Program-made: the position numbers and the translations under genes
The notes under the pieces: model-generated
The model's input: only the letters and a program-made list of their open reading frames with translations
Databases searched by the model: none
Told to the model about the DNA's origin: nothing
In this document: positions 61,078-64,000 of the stretch, piece by piece
Position numbering within the stretch: the first letter of the stretch is position 1
How the letters are laid out: each line of letters begins with the position of its first letter
Assembly: GCA_003971905.1 (NCBI GenBank)
Contig: RSEE01000032.1
Coordinates: forward strand, 496,001 to 560,000
DNA length: 64,000 bases
Source of the DNA: Moniliella sp. 'wahieum'
Lineage: Eukaryota
Direction: 5' to 3'

Positions 61078-61670
61078 CTGTCCCCTAGCTAGTCCACACT
61101 GCCCTTTTCTTCCCGCTGTTACATGTTATCGACGATCGCACTGTGTTTTTTTGGCACCCCTGGCTTTCGAGCCGTGGGGGTGCTGTCGCCATCGTCTTCC
61201 TTTGCTTATTACTTGCTTGCTTGCTTGTTGTTTTTCCGTGAATGGTGAACATGCTTCACTACCGAGCCCCCCCCCTACTGCCGCCTCCTGCTCTACCTCG
61301 CCCTGGCCATTGCTGCGGATGCTCTCATGTTGCTCGAGTCTTGTGTCTGGTTGTAGCGGTGCTATGCGTTGCTTGTCCGTTGTCTTTCCTCATGTACACA
61401 TCCTAGTACACATCCTGGTCGCGTCCTAGTCGCGTACTCCCGGCTTGGCGATCGTCTGCTTGGCGGGGTGGGACGGCGTGCGGAGAGGTAGAGAGAGGTA
61501 GGTAGGATGACAGAGGACGGCCGACTGGCGGGTTGCGCAAGCGCAGCCCACGCCCAGGCGGGGTTCTGGGCCAGGTCTGTGCTCAGCAATGGTTAATGGG
61601 CGTCCGCCTGCGTCCGCGCTGCGCTCAGCCCATCCTCGGCACCGAAACCCCCGCGCATCCCCAGGGGGCG

Positions 61671-61955
61671 CGTGACGCGCGTGACGGCCAAGGCGTGGGG
61701 CCAGTGTGATCGCGACGTCACGCGTCATCCCCCGCCGCCGGCCGCGGCACAGAGGAGGCACGGGGGCAGTGGGAGCCGTGTGGCGGGGTGGGTAGCGCGT
61801 ATTTACGAGGCGCCAATGTCGGCAGGAGGCATCGGGGCAGTTTGTCTGTGCGTCGGCCCCCTTGCAGCTTGGAGCTTGAGTGAAGCTTGACGCTTGAAGC
61901 CGTACTCGAGTGGAGGACTGCGCAGCACCTCGTCCCCTAACCGGTAACCGGTACC
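61671..61955. repeat. Cluster of palindromic 7/9-nt arrays upstream of the SYLF gene
   Basis: cgtgacgcgcgtgacg; gacgtcacgcgtca; gcttggagcttgagtgaagcttgacgcttgaagc; ctaaccggtaaccggtacc. Confidence 0.75.
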
Positions 61956-62021
61956 CCCCGATCCCCCCCTTCTGCCCCTCGGCCGCGCTGGGTGCTGCGC
62001 ATCGCCACCACCCCACACCCC

Positions 62022-64000
62022 ATGACCCTTTCCACCCCCTCCTCCGGCCGCACGGCCGCCGCTGTCTCCACCAGCAACACGGGCCGCAACGCCAAAGAGA
62101 GCCGCTGGGCCGGGTGGGCCAACACGGGGTTCGCCAAGAGCATCAAGGTGTCCGACTGGGCTGGCCAGCACGCGAACAACCTCGGCAGCAAGCTCGTCGG
62201 TGGCGAACGCTTTTGGCCCACGTCGGGCGACTATGTCCAAGAGATCGAGAAGGCGGTGCGCATCCTCCAGGGATTTACCCAGGGGCTTTGTCCAGCAGGA
62301 AGAGCAGGCCACCTCGGCCGACGACCAGGACCCGAACGCGAAAGAAGTAGAGGAGACCATGGTCGTCGGCCCCGACGGCAAGCCCCTGTCCAAGGAGGAT
62401 GCCGAAAAACTGCCCCCTTCCGAGACGCGCACCCAAAAGATCAAGAAGAAGATCAAGAAGGTCAACATTGTTCGCAAGGTGTGTTCTTTTCCCTTGCCCC
62501 AGTTCTGCGCGCTTGCTTGTCCTCCCTGCCTGCCCTCCCGCCCGTTCTAACCCCTTTTTGTGCGCCTCAGATCCCTCCCGTCGTTTTGCAGCAAGCTTGT
62601 GGCATTGCCATCTACTCGGCTATGCGCACCGGTATTGCCCCCTGGGTGGATCGGGCGGATCGGGGCTGGTGATGCAGCGGCTGCCCGACGGATCCTGGAG
62701 CGCCCCTTCGTTCATCACGCCGCAAAATGTGGCGGTGGGGCTAATGCTGGGGTTTGACGTGTACGATGTGATTCTGCTGATTATGCATCCGCAAGCGATG
62801 CTTGGTTTCTTGTCGCACAAAGTCACACTTGGTGCCGAGACAGCGGTGGCGGCGGGACCGGTGGGCACAGGCGCCTCGATGGACGTGAGTGTCAATGGCG
62901 GTGAATGGAACCCAAAGAAGATGCAGCCCATCTTTTCGTATGTGCGCTCGCGCGGCGCGTATGCCGGCGCTGAGGCGATGGCCCAAGCGCTGGTGACCCG
63001 GATTTGATGAAAACGAACGGGTGTACCATTGGCCTTCGATCACGGGCCGGGATATCCTGACGGGCGGGTACGCAAGCTGAGGGAGGCCCAGCCATTGTAC
63101 GATGCCTTGGCCGCCGCCGAGACGGGCGAAGCGCAAGCTGCCAGTCGGACTTGGCCTTGCCTCCGGAGGTGGCTTTGGAACTCAGTGGCGGCCGGGCCGA
63201 TCCGGCGTCGGGCAGGGCCAGACCGGACAGACGCCATCAGGGAAACGCTGGATCTGGACGAAGGCGAGTGCATGCATCCCGCCGACACCAGAGCAGCTTG
63301 CGTTGATGGAAAAGTCTGGGGTGAAGGACGAGGAGGACAAGCGGCTTTTGGCCGATTACAGGAGGTGGGTGTGGGGCTTGCCGCCCCGCCTCGCCACCCT
63401 GAAGCCGTAAAACACAAGCGGGGGAGTCAACCGTAAGGCCTGGCAGCCGCTTCATGGCTCCGGCGCCTCCGCATTCGCATGGGTCTCGCAGATCATCCCA
63501 CCGGCCCCTCCTCGTCACGCTCTGAGGCCTACCTCCTCATCCTACCTCCGGAAAAGGGTGCGCTGCCCGACTTGGACGCCGGACCTCCTCCTCCTCTGCC
63601 CGGCAGCCACCCCACGGGCCCTTTGTTCTCCTTCGGGACCGCCACCTCCTCTGCCGGCAGTCATCCCACTGGACCCTACGTGCCCCATCGGACGCCCCCG
63701 CACTTCTAGCAACCACCCTTCCGGCCTTGTGGCCGACGCATCCCCCACCGCAAGCTCCTCCCCTACTACTGCAGTGGTACACCGCGAACCAGAAGATCTT
63801 CCTGCCTACCCGGACCACGAAGCGACCCAGGTCCTGCCAGAGAAGACCGAGGTCGCCTCGCATGCGACGACGGGGGAGCCTTCGGCGGCGGACGTGAGTC
63901 CAGCGACGTCTGGTCCTGCGCAGCATGCGACTCCGTCCCCAGCCCCGGAAGGAGGGGTGACAGTCCCGTCCCCAGCGCCTGAAGGAGGGGAGACAACCCC
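62022..64000 (+). CDS. Ysc84/SYLF (actin/lipid-binding) domain protein, probably 3' truncated by the window
   Basis: ERFWPTSGD..EIEKAVRILQGF, KIPPVVLQQACGIAIYSAMRTG, GGSGGSGLVMQRLPDGSWSAPS, GLMLGFDVYDVILLI, VTLGAETAVAAGPVG, PIFSYVRSRGAYAG. Intron 62479..62570. A Pro-rich tail runs to the window end. Confidence 0.85.

Overview
GC-rich, gene-dense fungal nuclear DNA, most likely a basidiomycete and probably Ustilaginomycotina. That assignment is an inference from the few short GT-AG introns with CTRAC branch points and from protein similarity recalled from memory. The window holds about 18 protein-coding genes: CreC/WDR20-like WD40, UBLCP1, a group III hybrid histidine kinase, a Prx5/Ahp1 peroxiredoxin, a purine phosphoribosyltransferase, COX5, GH128, PCK1, CBR1, SEC61-alpha, a ~2300-aa uncharacterised ASH/Ig-like repeat protein, DBP5, ATP1, a delta-12 desaturase, a Nam8/Ngr1-like RRM protein, VPS37, an Axl2-like protein and a Ysc84/SYLF protein. 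It also holds two intron-containing tRNA genes (Val-AAC, Trp-CCA) and a degenerate protein-kinase pseudogene. Almost every gene has 1-nt frameshifts, which are best explained as long-read assembly indels, so CDS coordinates are outer gene spans. The most striking unexplained signal is non-coding. Intergenic and intronic DNA is peppered with short tandem arrays that differ in sequence but share one grammar: a TNA trinucleotide every 7 (sometimes 9) nt with a palindromic spacer, e.g. (AAGCTT-G)n, (ATGCAT-C)n, (ACGCGT-G)n, (AACGTT-T)n, (AGGCCT-A)n, (ACATGT-C)n, (ACTAGT-C)n, (ACCGGT-A)n. Other points of interest are a ~520-codon insertion inside the UBLCP1 phosphatase domain plus a predicted 8-nt microexon, a possible alternative mitochondrial-type N-terminus for PCK1, and a divergent SEC61.
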